DNA from: Pseudomonadota bacterium
Lineage (GTDB): Bacteria; Bdellovibrionota_B; Oligoflexia; Oligoflexales; CAIYRB01
Reading direction: 5' to 3'
DNA: 64,000 nt
NCBI GenBank assembly: GCA_031416315.1
Contig: JANOTL010000065.1
Coordinates: forward strand, 24,157 to 88,156
Shown: positions 47,683-62,240 of the stretch, one piece after another
How positions within the stretch are numbered: position 1 is the first letter of the stretch
Layout of the letters: each line of letters begins with the position of its first letter
The notes under the pieces: model-generated
Seen by the model: only the letters and a program-made list of their open reading frames with translations
The model's database searches: none
What the model was told of the DNA's origin: nothing
Position numbers and translations under genes: made by a program

Positions 47683-48363
47683 TCAGTGGCTTGTAGCCTG
47701 AAGCTCGGTCCTGAGCTCGGTCCAGATCTCGAAATATTTCCAAGCTGGCGACACCTCGCCCTCCTGGCGGTGGTCCGGCTTCAGCACCAGATCGCCGGTC
47801 TTCAAGAGCAAGTCCTTCACGGCCGGGTTCTGCAAGAGCTTCGCCCGCATCGCGCGCACGATCAGTTGATAATGTGCGCCGCGCTCCATCACGCGGTACG
47901 GCATCTGCTCGCCGCGGTACGTGATCCAGTTGATCCCCATCGTGCGCATGTTGGCGCTGCCGACGTCGCCGGCCGCCTTCGCGTCGAAGCCCGACATCTG
48001 TGACACCGCGGCGCGCGTGTGCGGCCAGGTGATGCCCGGGTACACCGCGCGCGCGTCGTCGGCGGTCTCCGGATACTTCATCATTTGCCAGAAGCCCTCG
48101 AGGCTGGGATAGCGCTCGCCGTCCAGCTCGATCGGCGTCTCGGCGAAGTTGGAGAAAATGCCGAGCTCGGTGCGCTTCGACAGGATGACTTCGCCGGGGG
48201 CCGCGTCCTGCGGCAGGATCTCCCAGCTCGCGGCTTGATCGCGCGGAATCTCCGCCCACCAAGAGGCGGGATAGGCTTCGCGCGGATTCTTCGTCGGCTT
48301 CGCCGCTGCCAGGGCCAGGGTCGCTACGGCCGCCGTCGCTAGGGTCACGAGCACTCGTCTCAT
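47683..48363 (-). CDS. NADAR-family protein with N-terminal signal peptide
   Basis: MRRVLVTLATAAVATLALA signal; FSNF, YPSLEGFWQMMKY, AKAAG, AKLLQNP...LLKTGD. Confidence 0.8.
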   Translation of the reverse strand: MRRVLVTLATAAVATLALAAAKPTKNPREAYPASWWAEIPRDQAASWEILPQDAAPGEVILSKRTELGIFSNFAETPIELDGERYPSLEGFWQMMKYPETADDARAVYPGITWPHTRAAVSQMSGFDAKAAGDVGSANMRTMGINWITYRGEQMPYRVMERGAHYQLIVRAMRAKLLQNPAVKDLLLKTGDLVLKPDHRQEGEVSPAWKYFEIWTELRTELQATSH

Positions 48364-48379
48364 CGTCTTCTCCCAAGAT

Positions 48380-49537
48380 TCAAGCCTCGAAGGCCTTTTT
48401 CAAGTCGTTCACCAGATCGTCCGTCGACTCGATGCCGCACGACAGGCGGATCAGCTTCGGCCCGATGCCGAGCTTCACGCGCAGATCCGGCGGCACCGAC
48501 GCATGCGTCATGCGCTCCGGATGATTCACCAGGGACTCGACGCCCCCAAGGCTCTCTGCCAAAGCGAATACCTTGAGCGCCTGCAGGAAGCGAACGACAT
48601 CTTCATAGCTACCGGCGTGGTCGAAGCTGACCATGCCGGAGAAGCCGCGCATCTGCTCTTTCGCCAGCGCATGGCCGGGATCGCTCTTGAGCCCCGGATA
48701 GTACGCTTTCGCGACCTTCTTGTGGCCCGCGAGGAACTCCGCCACCGCTTGCGCGTTCTTCTCGTGGCGCTCCATGCGCACGGCGAGCGTCTTGATGCTC
48801 CTGTGCAGGAGGAAGCACTCCATCGGCGCCGGAACGGCCCCCGCGGCGAACTGCACGAACTTGAGCTGCTGGAACAGCTCCTCGTCGCTCACCATGAGCG
48901 CGCCGCCGATCATGTCCGAGTGTCCGCCGATGTACTTCGTCGTGCTATGCACCACGATGTCGGCGCCCAAAGACAGGGGCTGCTGGTTCAAGGGCGAAGC
49001 GAAGGTATTGTCGACGACGAGCAGCGGTTTGCCGGCGCACGCCGACGCCAGCTTCTTCACCTTGCGCAGATCGATGACTTTCATCATCGGATTCGTCGGC
49101 GTCTCGGCCCACACGAGCTTCGTGTTCGGAGTCATCGCCTCGCGCAGCTCGTTCTCGTTGCGCATGTCGACGAAGACGAACTCGAGGTTGTACTTCGCGA
49201 AGAGCTTGCGGAAAAGACGGCCGGTGCCGCCGTAGACGTCGTCGCAGACCACGACGCGCGCGCCTGGATCGAGGATCTGGATGACGGCCTGCTCGGCGGC
49301 GAGGCCGGAGGAGAAGGCGAGCCCGTGCTTCGCGCCTTCCAGCGCGGCGAGCGCCTTCTCGTAAGCCTCGCGCGTCGGGTTGTCCGCGCGCGAATAATCG
49401 TAGCCCTTGTGCACGCCCGGCTCGGACTGCACGTAGGTCGAGGTCATGTAGATCGGCGCCATGATCGCGCCGGTGGTCGGCTCGGGATCGGCCCCCGCGT
49501 GCACGACCTTGGTGTAATCGCTGGGTTCGATCGGCAT
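48380..49537 (-). CDS. Cystathionine gamma-synthase/gamma-lyase family PLP enzyme
   Basis: YSRADNPTR, ETPTNP, VDNTFASP, HSTTKYIGGHSD, AESLGGVESL. Confidence 0.93.
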   Translation of the reverse strand: MPIEPSDYTKVVHAGADPEPTTGAIMAPIYMTSTYVQSEPGVHKGYDYSRADNPTREAYEKALAALEGAKHGLAFSSGLAAEQAVIQILDPGARVVVCDDVYGGTGRLFRKLFAKYNLEFVFVDMRNENELREAMTPNTKLVWAETPTNPMMKVIDLRKVKKLASACAGKPLLVVDNTFASPLNQQPLSLGADIVVHSTTKYIGGHSDMIGGALMVSDEELFQQLKFVQFAAGAVPAPMECFLLHRSIKTLAVRMERHEKNAQAVAEFLAGHKKVAKAYYPGLKSDPGHALAKEQMRGFSGMVSFDHAGSYEDVVRFLQALKVFALAESLGGVESLVNHPERMTHASVPPDLRVKLGIGPKLIRLSCGIESTDDLVNDLKKAFEA

Positions 49538-49541
49538 GGAG

Positions 49542-49874
49542 TTATCCCTGCGCTTTCGGCGCGTCTTTCAGGACGTCGGCGAGCTTGCCCTTGCGGTGCA
49601 GCTCGCTCGTGATGTCGCAGCCGCCGACGAACTTGCCGTGCACGTAGAGCTGCGGGATCGTCGGCCAGCTCGAGAAGGACTTCACGCCTTCGCGGAGGTC
49701 CCAGTCGGCGAGGACGTCGACCGCATGATATTTCACGCCGTAAGTTCCGAGGATTTGGACCACCTGCGCGGAGAAGCCGCACTGCGGCGCATCGGGCGTG
49801 CCCTTCATGAACAGGCACACCGTGTTGGATTCGACGTCGGACTTGATTCGCTCGTGGGCCGCTGTCTCGCTCAT
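49542..49874 (-). CDS. grxD: Monothiol glutaredoxin Grx4
   Basis: FMKGTPDAPQCGFS, WPTIPQLY, GGCDI. Confidence 0.95.
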   Translation of the reverse strand: MSETAAHERIKSDVESNTVCLFMKGTPDAPQCGFSAQVVQILGTYGVKYHAVDVLADWDLREGVKSFSSWPTIPQLYVHGKFVGGCDITSELHRKGKLADVLKDAPKAQG

Positions 49875-49999
49875 TCCGGGGTCTCCTTTTGGGCAGCTTA
49901 AGGTAGAGGCGTCCGGCGCTGCGCGCAAGTCGTCGCTAAAGCTTTGATCTATAAAGGAAAAGAGGCGCCCCTGCCGCCCCCGTGCTATCATGGGAGCAA

Positions 50000-50917
50000 A
50001 TGATCTCTATGATCTCGCGGATTTTGCCGTCGTCGCGGCTCGGTGCCGCCGCCCTCGTCCTGGCCTTGCAGCTGGCGACGGGGTGTCGCTCGCTCATGGA
50101 CAGCGGCAATCAGCCCCTGAAGGAAGAGAACGAGGACGCGGACGAAGAGTTCGGCGCCGACGACTTAAACGACACCGGCGGCACGCCGGGCGCCACGGGC
50201 AAAGCCGGCGCCAAGCCCAAAAAGCTCGTCGGCCCCAAAATCATGGGCTTCGAGTACCTCGCTCGCTACTCCTACGGTGTCATCCGCGGTACCTACGGCG
50301 ACGAGCAAGAGAACCGCTCGATCCGCCGCTCGAAGACGCTGGAGGACGTGAAGCTCGTCGGCGCGCGTTATCAAGTCGAGAGCTACCCGACGCTCTTCCG
50401 CTCGAGCGGTGGCGCGCACCACGCGCTCCTCCTCCTCGAGCTACGCCGCGAGCGCCCCGCGCCAGAGTACTGGACGCAGCGCACCATCGGAATCTTGGCA
50501 CTCGGCTACGTCCTGCCGATGGCGCGCATCATTGCGCCCGTGATCGGCATCAACGCCGAGTACAACAAGATCGACCTCGAGCATCCGGACGGTCCGGAGG
50601 TCGCCAAGTCCGACGTGCGCGCGCACATTCTCGGCGTGCGCGCGCGGCAGAAGATTTGGGGCTCGGGCCGCTGGCTCGCCTTCTCCTACGACCTCAACCT
50701 CCATATGCTCAACTTCACGCTGCCGAACAACGGTTACGAGGCCGAGGCCGGGCTGAGCTCGGCCTTGCAGTGGCAATTCGTGCGCGTCGATCTCGGCGCG
50801 TCCTACCTTTACCAGCGCTACAAGGCTCGTCGCGAGGCCGGTCAGGGCTTCCGCGAGAAGGTCGTCGTCGACAGCACCTACAATGCGCTGATCTTCACGG
50901 GGACGTTCTGGCTATGA
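50000..50917 (+). CDS. Lipoprotein with C-terminal beta-barrel
   Basis: LATG-C lipobox; amphipathic strands ending FTGTFWL; TGCTATCAT extended -10 just upstream. Confidence 0.65.
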   Translation: MISMISRILPSSRLGAAALVLALQLATGCRSLMDSGNQPLKEENEDADEEFGADDLNDTGGTPGATGKAGAKPKKLVGPKIMGFEYLARYSYGVIRGTYGDEQENRSIRRSKTLEDVKLVGARYQVESYPTLFRSSGGAHHALLLLELRRERPAPEYWTQRTIGILALGYVLPMARIIAPVIGINAEYNKIDLEHPDGPEVAKSDVRAHILGVRARQKIWGSGRWLAFSYDLNLHMLNFTLPNNGYEAEAGLSSALQWQFVRVDLGASYLYQRYKARREAGQGFREKVVVDSTYNALIFTGTFWL

Positions 50918-51657
50918 TGCACGCCGCGCGCTTTTTCGGCACTTTCGCCCTGTTGCTCTCGTCGACGGCGGCGATGGCGCAAGCGCCGGGAGGCGGCAAG
51001 AGCGCCTACACCCTTCGGCTCTTCGCCGGGATCGTCCAGGGCCGCTACCGCGAGACCGCGAAAAGCGAGCTCTTGAACCGCAATGAAGGGTCCGGCGGCG
51101 TCGACCTCGAAGGTCAGCAGGTCGACCTCGGCTTCGTCTTTAAGAGCGTTGACGTCGGACTCGACTACCGGACTTGGGTGCCCGATGGGCTCGACTCCAT
51201 GGCGAAACGCAGCGAGGTGTACTTCACTGCGGCGTACCTCTGGCCCACGTTTCCCTTCGTCGCTCCTGTCGTCGGCTACTACCAGGCGACCCAGACGCCC
51301 GGTGACGCGAGCGTCGTCCCCGCAGCCTTCATCGAGACCAACAAGTCCTTCATCTTCGGCGTGCGCTCGCACTTCATCCCGCTGACGTTCGGCGACGGCG
51401 GCAAGCACGGGATCCTCGTCCACGCCCACGCTCTCTACCTGACGACGCTCGAGGCGACGCGCAATTTCGGCACCGAGACTGACATCGGCCTGGGCTATAG
51501 CTACGCGCTGGGCCAGACTTTCCGCCTCGGCTTGACGTACGGCCAATGGCGCAACTTCTTCAGCGCGACGAAAGCGGATCCCGACGACGCGGAGAAGACG
51601 CTCGGCGTGCGGCAGGTCTACATCGCGCGGCATTTTGGCTTGTATTTGCAGTTTTGA
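50914..51657 (+). CDS. Outer-membrane beta-barrel protein
   Basis: ATGA overlap with the upstream gene; signal peptide ending AMA; C-terminal FGLYLQF. Confidence 0.7.
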   Translation: MMHAARFFGTFALLLSSTAAMAQAPGGGKSAYTLRLFAGIVQGRYRETAKSELLNRNEGSGGVDLEGQQVDLGFVFKSVDVGLDYRTWVPDGLDSMAKRSEVYFTAAYLWPTFPFVAPVVGYYQATQTPGDASVVPAAFIETNKSFIFGVRSHFIPLTFGDGGKHGILVHAHALYLTTLEATRNFGTETDIGLGYSYALGQTFRLGLTYGQWRNFFSATKADPDDAEKTLGVRQVYIARHFGLYLQF

Positions 51658-51738
51658 GCGGGGCGCGCGACCCTGGCCCTTCGCCCGAAAATTCAAGCCG
51701 CCAAAGTCGACACGAACATCCGGGACAAAAAGCCGCGT

Positions 51739-53205
51739 TCAGTCCAAGTCGTAAACCCCGGAGCGCACGATCAGCGCCGGAAAGCCCGGGAAGGGACCGT
51801 CCGTCAACGCGCTCAAGCCTATGCGCGTGCAGCGCACGTTCTGCGGAATCATCTGCGCGCGACGCTCGCCCGGCGCGGGCGCGCCGACCCAAGTCAGGCG
51901 ATCCGCGGCGTCGTAACACGACGTCGTCCACGTGAAGCCCTGGTACTCTCCGAACGGATTGCCGACGAGAAGGACGGTGCGGGTCGTCGCGTCGTACTGC
52001 ATCGTGATCGCGCCCATCGTCACCGGCGGGAACGTGAACGGATAGCTTTCGAACCAGGGATTCTCCGCGCTCCCGCGCGCGATCTGGCCGAAGATCACCT
52101 CGTGCGGGCGTGGCGCGCGGCCGGCCTCGAGGTAGACGCATTGGCCGAAGATGCCGTCGCCGGCTGCGGCGTCGCAGCTTGTGCCGTCGTCGAGAAGCAG
52201 GCGGTTCCAGGCCACCATCAGCGGCTGACCGCCTTCGCCGAGCGCCTTGTAATAAGCGCCGTTCAATAAGCCGGGCGAGCCGTCGACCTGGACCGCGAGC
52301 GGCACGCCGGCGTCGCGCAGCTCCAGGCGCAAGCGCAGCTCGACGCCGCTCGGCGTGACCACGGTGCTCACGTCGAAACGCGCGCGGTCGTAGATCGAGT
52401 CCGCGTGCGCGTCCTGCGCCTCGGGGACGAAGTTGCCGTTCGCGTCGGGATCGAGCGCGTCGACCAGGCCGTCGCCGTCGTCGTCGTCATCGATCGCGTC
52501 GTAGACGCCGTCGCCGTCGATGTCGGCGTCGCGGTCGTTGCGGAATCCGTCGAGGTCGGTGTCGACGGCGCTCTCGGATTGCTGCAGGAACGTCATGCCG
52601 TCCGGCACGCCGTCGGCGTCCTGATCGCTGGCGAGGTGCGTGCGCACGATGATGCCGTCGAGGGACTCGAACACCATTTTCGGCCCAGAGACGACGAGTG
52701 TCGGCAGGACGTTGCGCGTCGGGGCGAACACCTGACGAATCGTCGCCGGCGTCTGTGCCGCCGCGATCGACAGGACCGACGTCAGGACGTAGTCCGGGCT
52801 CAGGAGCGCCAGCGTCTTCCCGCCGCCATGAGATTGGTGGTCGTTGACGTGCGTGAGCGTGAAGCGGCCGCTGGCGTCGACGTCTCCCGTGCGCGCGGCG
52901 CCGCGCTCGTCGTCGAGCAGGAGCATCTTCCAGCCAGCGAACGTCGATCCGGGCGTACCGTCGAAGCTCGCCAGGGCGCCATAAAGGTGCATCGCGGTGA
53001 GGTCGCCGTCGAGGTCGGGAAGGGGCGGCGTCACGTCCGGCGCCGGCTCGGTCAGCGGCGTTTCCTGCGCGATCTTCCCAGAGGTCCCGCTTCCCTGCAG
53101 AAACATCTCGTAGAGCTTGCGATCGCTCTTCTCCTTCATGGAGCCGCAACCGATCACGAGAACTGCGCCCCCTGCCAGCGCCAACACGCTCCACGTTTTC
53201 ATCAT
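51739..53205 (-). CDS. Lipoprotein with TSP3-like Ca-binding repeats
   Basis: LVIG-C lipobox; repeated DxDxDG; LLDDG...DAAAGDGIF choice-of-anchor-X-like motif. Confidence 0.75.
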   Translation of the reverse strand: MMKTWSVLALAGGAVLVIGCGSMKEKSDRKLYEMFLQGSGTSGKIAQETPLTEPAPDVTPPLPDLDGDLTAMHLYGALASFDGTPGSTFAGWKMLLLDDERGAARTGDVDASGRFTLTHVNDHQSHGGGKTLALLSPDYVLTSVLSIAAAQTPATIRQVFAPTRNVLPTLVVSGPKMVFESLDGIIVRTHLASDQDADGVPDGMTFLQQSESAVDTDLDGFRNDRDADIDGDGVYDAIDDDDDGDGLVDALDPDANGNFVPEAQDAHADSIYDRARFDVSTVVTPSGVELRLRLELRDAGVPLAVQVDGSPGLLNGAYYKALGEGGQPLMVAWNRLLLDDGTSCDAAAGDGIFGQCVYLEAGRAPRPHEVIFGQIARGSAENPWFESYPFTFPPVTMGAITMQYDATTRTVLLVGNPFGEYQGFTWTTSCYDAADRLTWVGAPAPGERRAQMIPQNVRCTRIGLSALTDGPFPGFPALIVRSGVYDLD

Positions 53206-54032
53206 CGACCTTCTCCTTCAAACTCTTCCGGTTGCGTGAGCGGGCAGAGCCCGATCGTCAAGGCGTAGACGTCGGTGCGCGCGCCGTCGCTGAGATGACG
53301 GCAGAGCTGCCAGGCGAAATCCTCGATCATGCGCCGCGCCGTCTCGAGGCGGCGGGGATCGGTCGGCAGGATCAACGTGGTGTAGGCGCGGCGCGCCGCC
53401 TTCTCGCCGTCGACGGCGGCGCGCGCCTTCTCGAGGAGCTGCGTCTGATGCCGACGCAGCGCCGCCCCCGGCAGTCGCGGCGCCGGCACGTGCAGCTCCC
53501 GCTCCTTTTTCCGCAGCTTTCCGCCGTGCGCTTCGAGGAGGCCCGCGAAGAGGAGCCGCTCCAAGGCCGTGCGCGCGACGGCCGGCGTGACGCCCAGGCG
53601 GCGGGCGATAAAGTCGGGGTCATCCTCGACGCCGGTGCCGTCGCCGAGGTAGCTCATCTCGAGGATGGCGAAATGCTCCCAGTCGCCGATCGCGTCGAAG
53701 AGCGCCTCCGGCAAGGCCGTCGCCGCGCTGGGCGTGGTCGCGCCGGGGGTCACCGCCTCGAGCTTCTTGCCTTCGCGCTCCTTCGCGACCGAAGCGAGGA
53801 AGAGCTTCTTCGCCTCGGCGCCGAAGCCGAGCTTGTCGGCGATCGTCCGCGCGGTCACCAGGGACAAAGCGCGCCGGCCGCTGAGGACGCGCCACAACGC
53901 GGCGGCGTCGACCTCGAGGCTCTTCGCGAACGCGCGCAACGAATAGCGCGGGTTCTTGCGGCTGCGACGCTCCAGCTCGGAGCGCAGCACGTCGCGCCAA
54001 TACATCTGCGATGGAAAGCTTGCTTGCGTCAT
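53202..54032 (-). CDS. TIGR02147/DUF4423-family HTH protein
   Basis: RSRKNPRYSLRAFAKSL, LSGRRALS, IGDWEHFAILE, C-terminal VYALTIGLCPLT. Confidence 0.88.
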   Translation of the reverse strand: MTQASFPSQMYWRDVLRSELERRSRKNPRYSLRAFAKSLEVDAAALWRVLSGRRALSLVTARTIADKLGFGAEAKKLFLASVAKEREGKKLEAVTPGATTPSAATALPEALFDAIGDWEHFAILEMSYLGDGTGVEDDPDFIARRLGVTPAVARTALERLLFAGLLEAHGGKLRKKERELHVPAPRLPGAALRRHQTQLLEKARAAVDGEKAARRAYTTLILPTDPRRLETARRMIEDFAWQLCRHLSDGARTDVYALTIGLCPLTQPEEFEGEGR

Positions 54033-54042
54033 GGCTCTAGTT

Positions 54043-54069
54043 TAGTCGGCCGCGGCCTTTCCTGCTGAA
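54043..54069 (-). promoter_or_regulatory. Putative sigma28-like promoter
   Basis: TTCAG-N14-GCCGACTA, ending 10 nt before ATG 54032. Confidence 0.4.
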
Positions 54070-54158
54070 CGAGCCGGATCCTCGTTCCGTGGACGGCGCG
54101 GACAACGCCCAGGCTTGCGCAAAGCCCAAATTTCCGGGATTTCCCGGCTCATTTCCCG

Positions 54159-54167
54159 TGCTATGCT
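54159..54167 (+). promoter_or_regulatory. Extended -10 box, likely leaderless transcript
   Basis: TG-c-TATGCT ends 6 nt before ATG 54174; no SD. Confidence 0.5.
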
Positions 54168-54173
54168 TGGGCG

Positions 54174-54851
54174 ATGACGCGCCTCGTCCTGATCTCGGAC
54201 ACCCATCTTAAGGACTACGTCCCGCTCGTCCCCCCGGGTGACGTGCTGGTGCACGCGGGCGATTTAACGACCTTCGGCGATCTCTCAGAGCTGAAAGAGG
54301 CCGTGGCGCAGCTCGCCGCGCTCCCGCATCCGCACAAAGTCGTGATCGCGGGCAACCACGACTTCTGCTTCGAGCGCCTGGCCGAAGCGGCGCGTGCGTT
54401 GATCGCGCCACACGCCGTCTACCTCGAGGACTCGGCGCACACGCACGCAGGCATCACCTTCTATGGCAGCCCGTGGCAACCCTTCTTCCACAGCTGGGCC
54501 TTCAACCTGCATCGCGGCCCCGCGCTCGCGGCGAAGTGGGCGCAGATCCCCGACACGGTCGACGTCTTGATCACGCACGGTCCGCCGCACGGCATCCTCG
54601 ATCAAGTTCACGACGGCGACAGCGTCGGCTGCGAGGACCTGACGCGAGCCGTGGAGCGCGTTCGCCCGGCCTTGCACGTCTTCGGCCACATCCACGAGGC
54701 TTATGGGCAAGAAGAGCGCCAGTGGGAGGATGGGTCGCGCACCCTCTTCGTCAACGCGTCCACCTGCTCCCTACGGTATCTCCCGGTCCACCCCCCGATC
54801 GTGGTCGACGCCGTTCGCGACGGCTCCGCTAGACTCGTTCTAAGTATTTGA
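54174..54851 (+). CDS. Metallophosphoesterase (MPPED2/239FB-like)
   Basis: ISDTH, HAGD, AGNHD, THGPP, FGHIHE. Confidence 0.92.
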   Translation: MTRLVLISDTHLKDYVPLVPPGDVLVHAGDLTTFGDLSELKEAVAQLAALPHPHKVVIAGNHDFCFERLAEAARALIAPHAVYLEDSAHTHAGITFYGSPWQPFFHSWAFNLHRGPALAAKWAQIPDTVDVLITHGPPHGILDQVHDGDSVGCEDLTRAVERVRPALHVFGHIHEAYGQEERQWEDGSRTLFVNASTCSLRYLPVHPPIVVDAVRDGSARLVLSI

Positions 54852-54876
54852 TCTTAAAGGGGTAAAATTCTGCCTG

Positions 54877-54904
54877 TTCAGTTGGATTCGACGAATGCCG
54901 AATT
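54877..54904 (+). promoter_or_regulatory. Putative sigma28-like promoter
   Basis: TTCAG-N15-GCCGAATT upstream of the GAGGGGG-led ATG at 54928. Confidence 0.4.
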
Positions 54905-54927
54905 CTAATCTGAGGGGGAACCGGATC

Positions 54928-59129
<4,202 letters not shown>

Positions 59130-59133
<4 letters not shown>

Positions 59134-61394
59134 TGAAGACCCGGCGGCCAAAAGAACCCTCCTCCTTCTGCCTCGCGCTGACTCTCGCCGCGCTTTCGGC
59201 CTTCGGCTGCTCCTCGTCGCCATTGGGACCGGAGATCTCGCGTCCCGACCCCAGCGCCACCGGGTCCGGCGGCGGCGTGCCGACCGCAGGCGCCCAGCCG
59301 TCCGCGGCTCCACCCACGACCCCGTCGCCGGACGGCGAGGTGCCCGCGGCCGACCCCGCGCCGAGCGCTCCAGCGCCCGCCGACCCCGCGCCGAGCGCTC
59401 CAGCGCCCGCCGACCCCGCGCCGAGCGCTCCGGCACCGTCCCCCGCCGTGCCGCCCGTTTGTGCCGAGAGCAGCACGCGCCGCGTGTGGTATTCGGGAGC
59501 CGCGGTGAGCCATGTCGTTGCCTGTGACCAGACTGTTACCGCGGCTACCATTAGTGGCGCGCCATTCAGCGTATCGACGCTCGCCTCCGGGACGAGCGTC
59601 AACTTGAGCGGCACTGCCGGCGTCGCTGCGGTCACGGCTTGGACGGCGACGGTCAATGCGCTCACTTCGGTCGGCCTAACGACGACTGTCCTCAGCTCCG
59701 CGGGCCTGGATGCGACCTTGCTTGCAAGCGCCACCCCCACTTACGACACCGTCACCGACCTGACGTTTCGCGCGGTCCTCGGCGCGACTTGGGACGGCTC
59801 GATGGGGAGCGTCGACCTCGACGCGCTGAGCATCGCGACCGACCTGCACGGCGTCGATTTCTACTCTTCGTGCAGCAGCGCCGTCGCCTCTTACGTCTGT
59901 AACGACGTCGCGACGACGCCCGCGACCAACACGAAGGACGGTCAGCTGAAGCTCCGATGGAAATTCAGCGCCTTCGACCAGGGAGCTTACTACCTCGACG
60001 TGAACCCTCGCCTGACTATCGAGTCCGTGCAGAACGACCTCGCGCTCGACACTTTAGCGGTGACCGTGCCAATTCAGACGAACGGCAACGTCTCCATCAA
60101 CTATACCGGCACACCGACCTCCGGTAGCGTCAGCTCAATGGGTTTTCCGATCACGGCGACGATCGCGAAGCACAGTACGCCGACGGCGCCGAAGGTCGGC
60201 GTCGTCTACCCGATTCAAGACACAAACGATGCCTTCGTCTTCAAGGAGCTCGCCGTCGATCGGACCGATGACCCATCAGGCGGCGCCTCCGGCGTGACCC
60301 AAGGTGCGGCCGCAGGCTGCAAGCTGCATGCGACAGACAACCTCCTCGACCTCAAGGTCGAGGCGCTCGCTTCCGGCCAGTACGCCGTCGCGGGCACGAA
60401 CTCGGACGACTACAACCTCGGCTATCGCACCTTCTCGAGCGGCGCCGTCTGCCCGGCCAGGATCGCTTTGACAACTTTGCCGATCGTCCCGGCGAAGACC
60501 GAGGCCGTCCTCGCCGTCGCGCTCTCGGAGCCATTTACCGACACGGTGCAGAAGATCGGCCTCGCCTCGGTCCTGCGCAACGTCACCGACTCGCAGACCT
60601 ACCTGATCATCTCCAAGCTGACGCCGACCGGCACCACAAAGGCGACCATCGTCGCCGACGCGGACTATGACACGATGGCCATCAACAAGGCCGTCTACAA
60701 CACCACCGGCGACGTCGACCGCCTGCGCATGCGCTGGATCAGCGAGAGCGGCGTCGGCTTTTTCTACGTCGCTTTCCGCGAGGACACGAGCATCAAGGTC
60801 CTGCGCCTGCGCTCGACCAAAGGCGGCGCAGGGGTCGACTACGACGACGACGTGGCGACCTTGGCGACGGGCGTGCTCGAGGACACCGACCTGACCGGCA
60901 ACGACTACGGCACGCTCGACATGGCCGTCGGCCGAAGCGGCGGCAACTCGATCGTCGGCGTCGTATACCGCAGCCACGCCGACAGCAAGTGCTACTGGCG
61001 CCGCTTCCGCGACGGTGCCAACCTCGGCACCGCGCCGCTCTTGGGCGATGCCCTCGCGATCAGCACGGGCGACTGCTACTTTCCGACCGTGCACTACGTC
61101 ACCAGCTCGGGCCGATTCGTCGTCACGTACGTCGACAAGCCCGCCGGCGGCAACTACGAGATCCGGACCCGGGACATCACGGTCGACACCGCGACTCCCG
61201 CCGCGGCCCACACGGTCGACAGCGCCGGCACCGTCACGACGATCTTCGACACCGGCTCCGCGACGATCCAGATCGGGAAAATGTCGACGGCTTACTATCC
61301 CGAAGGCAACTGGATGAGCGTCGTCTACCGGAAGAACAACAACACGGCGGGCAACGTTCTCAAGGTCCACGGCTTTCACGTGCGCGGGCGCTAG
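59130..61394 (+). CDS. Surface lipoprotein, paralog of the C-terminal half of the upstream gene
   Basis: AFG-C lipobox; ATGA overlap; shared blocks YVC...RW..S.FDQG.Y and FYV..R. Confidence 0.8.
59349..59437 (+). repeat. 30-bp tandem repeat (ADPAPSAPAP)x3
   Basis: GCCGACCCCGCGCCGAGCGCTCCAGCGCCC twice exactly plus a near-copy. Confidence 0.92.
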
Positions 61395-61460
61395 CGGTAA
61401 CTTCGCAAACTGCTCTACAAATCTGACGACGACGCCGAAGACGGCCGTCCGGGCGGCGTG

Positions 61461-62240
61461 CTACTGCTTGGCGCCGATTCCGGCGTGCAGAAGTGTTGAG
61501 CCGCCGCGCCCTTTAGGCGCGCCCAATTTCGACGCCCGCCAAGCGCTCCACGCCGTCCCGATCCCCAGGATGACGAGGAGCACGGCGACGCCGACGTTCA
61601 CCTGCACGCGCCGGTCGGCGACCAGGCCGACGGCCGCGAGCGCTTCCGCCTCGCGCCCGCGTTCGACGAGCATCCCCGTCGCCGCGGTCGAGTCGCCTAG
61701 AGCCGCGCCGTTCCAAATGCCGTAGGCCGTGAAGGTCTTCCCGGCCGACGGCAACCAACGCACGCGCACGCGCATCAGCTCACTCTGCGCCAGGAAATCC
61801 TCGCTCACCGGCGCTACGATCCGCGTGCCGCCGCCGAGCATGAACGGCGCGCCGCCGATCGTCAGCTCGTTGGCCATGAAGGTCTTCTCCTTGCCGTCGC
61901 CGCTCGTCTTCGGCTTCCACGCGGCCGCGGCCGCGCTCTCGCGCGTCTCTTTCACGGCGGTGACCTGGATCGCCTCGCGCACCATCGGGAACTCGGGCGG
62001 CGTCACCATCTGTCCGGTGAGAAGCCCTTCCGTGCGGTAGAGCCGCCCGAGCTCGCGAGCTTCGGTCGCGGCCGGCAAGGGCTCGGCCGCCCTGAAGGCC
62101 GCGGTCTCCTCGCTCGCGATCTTGGCGGAGCGCAGGGCGTAGCCCGCGAACAGGAAGGCGAGGAGCGCCGCTGCGTAAAGGACCGCGCGCTCGAACGCGG
62201 AGCTCTGGTGTTTTTTCGGAACGCGCCGCGGGCTCGTCAT
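61461..62240 (-). CDS. Two-TM membrane hypothetical protein
   Basis: TM helices near both ends; ATGA overlap with the DUF493 gene. Confidence 0.65.
   Translation of the reverse strand: MTSPRRVPKKHQSSAFERAVLYAAALLAFLFAGYALRSAKIASEETAAFRAAEPLPAATEARELGRLYRTEGLLTGQMVTPPEFPMVREAIQVTAVKETRESAAAAAWKPKTSGDGKEKTFMANELTIGGAPFMLGGGTRIVAPVSEDFLAQSELMRVRVRWLPSAGKTFTAYGIWNGAALGDSTAATGMLVERGREAEALAAVGLVADRRVQVNVGVAVLLVILGIGTAWSAWRASKLGAPKGRGGSTLLHAGIGAKQ

Noticed and set aside
47683..48363. DarT-NADAR anti-phage toxin-antitoxin system
   Set aside because: No ADP-ribosyltransferase gene is adjacent and the protein appears exported.
49990..50913. N-terminal half of the 555-aa ORF 49990-51657
   Set aside because: Arg-rich off-frame overlap of the 50000-50917 gene; the real gene starts at 50914/50917 with a signal peptide.
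51669..51684. GACCCTGGC resembling the MITE end
   Set aside because: Only 9 bp match, with no partner repeat or target duplication; expected by chance.
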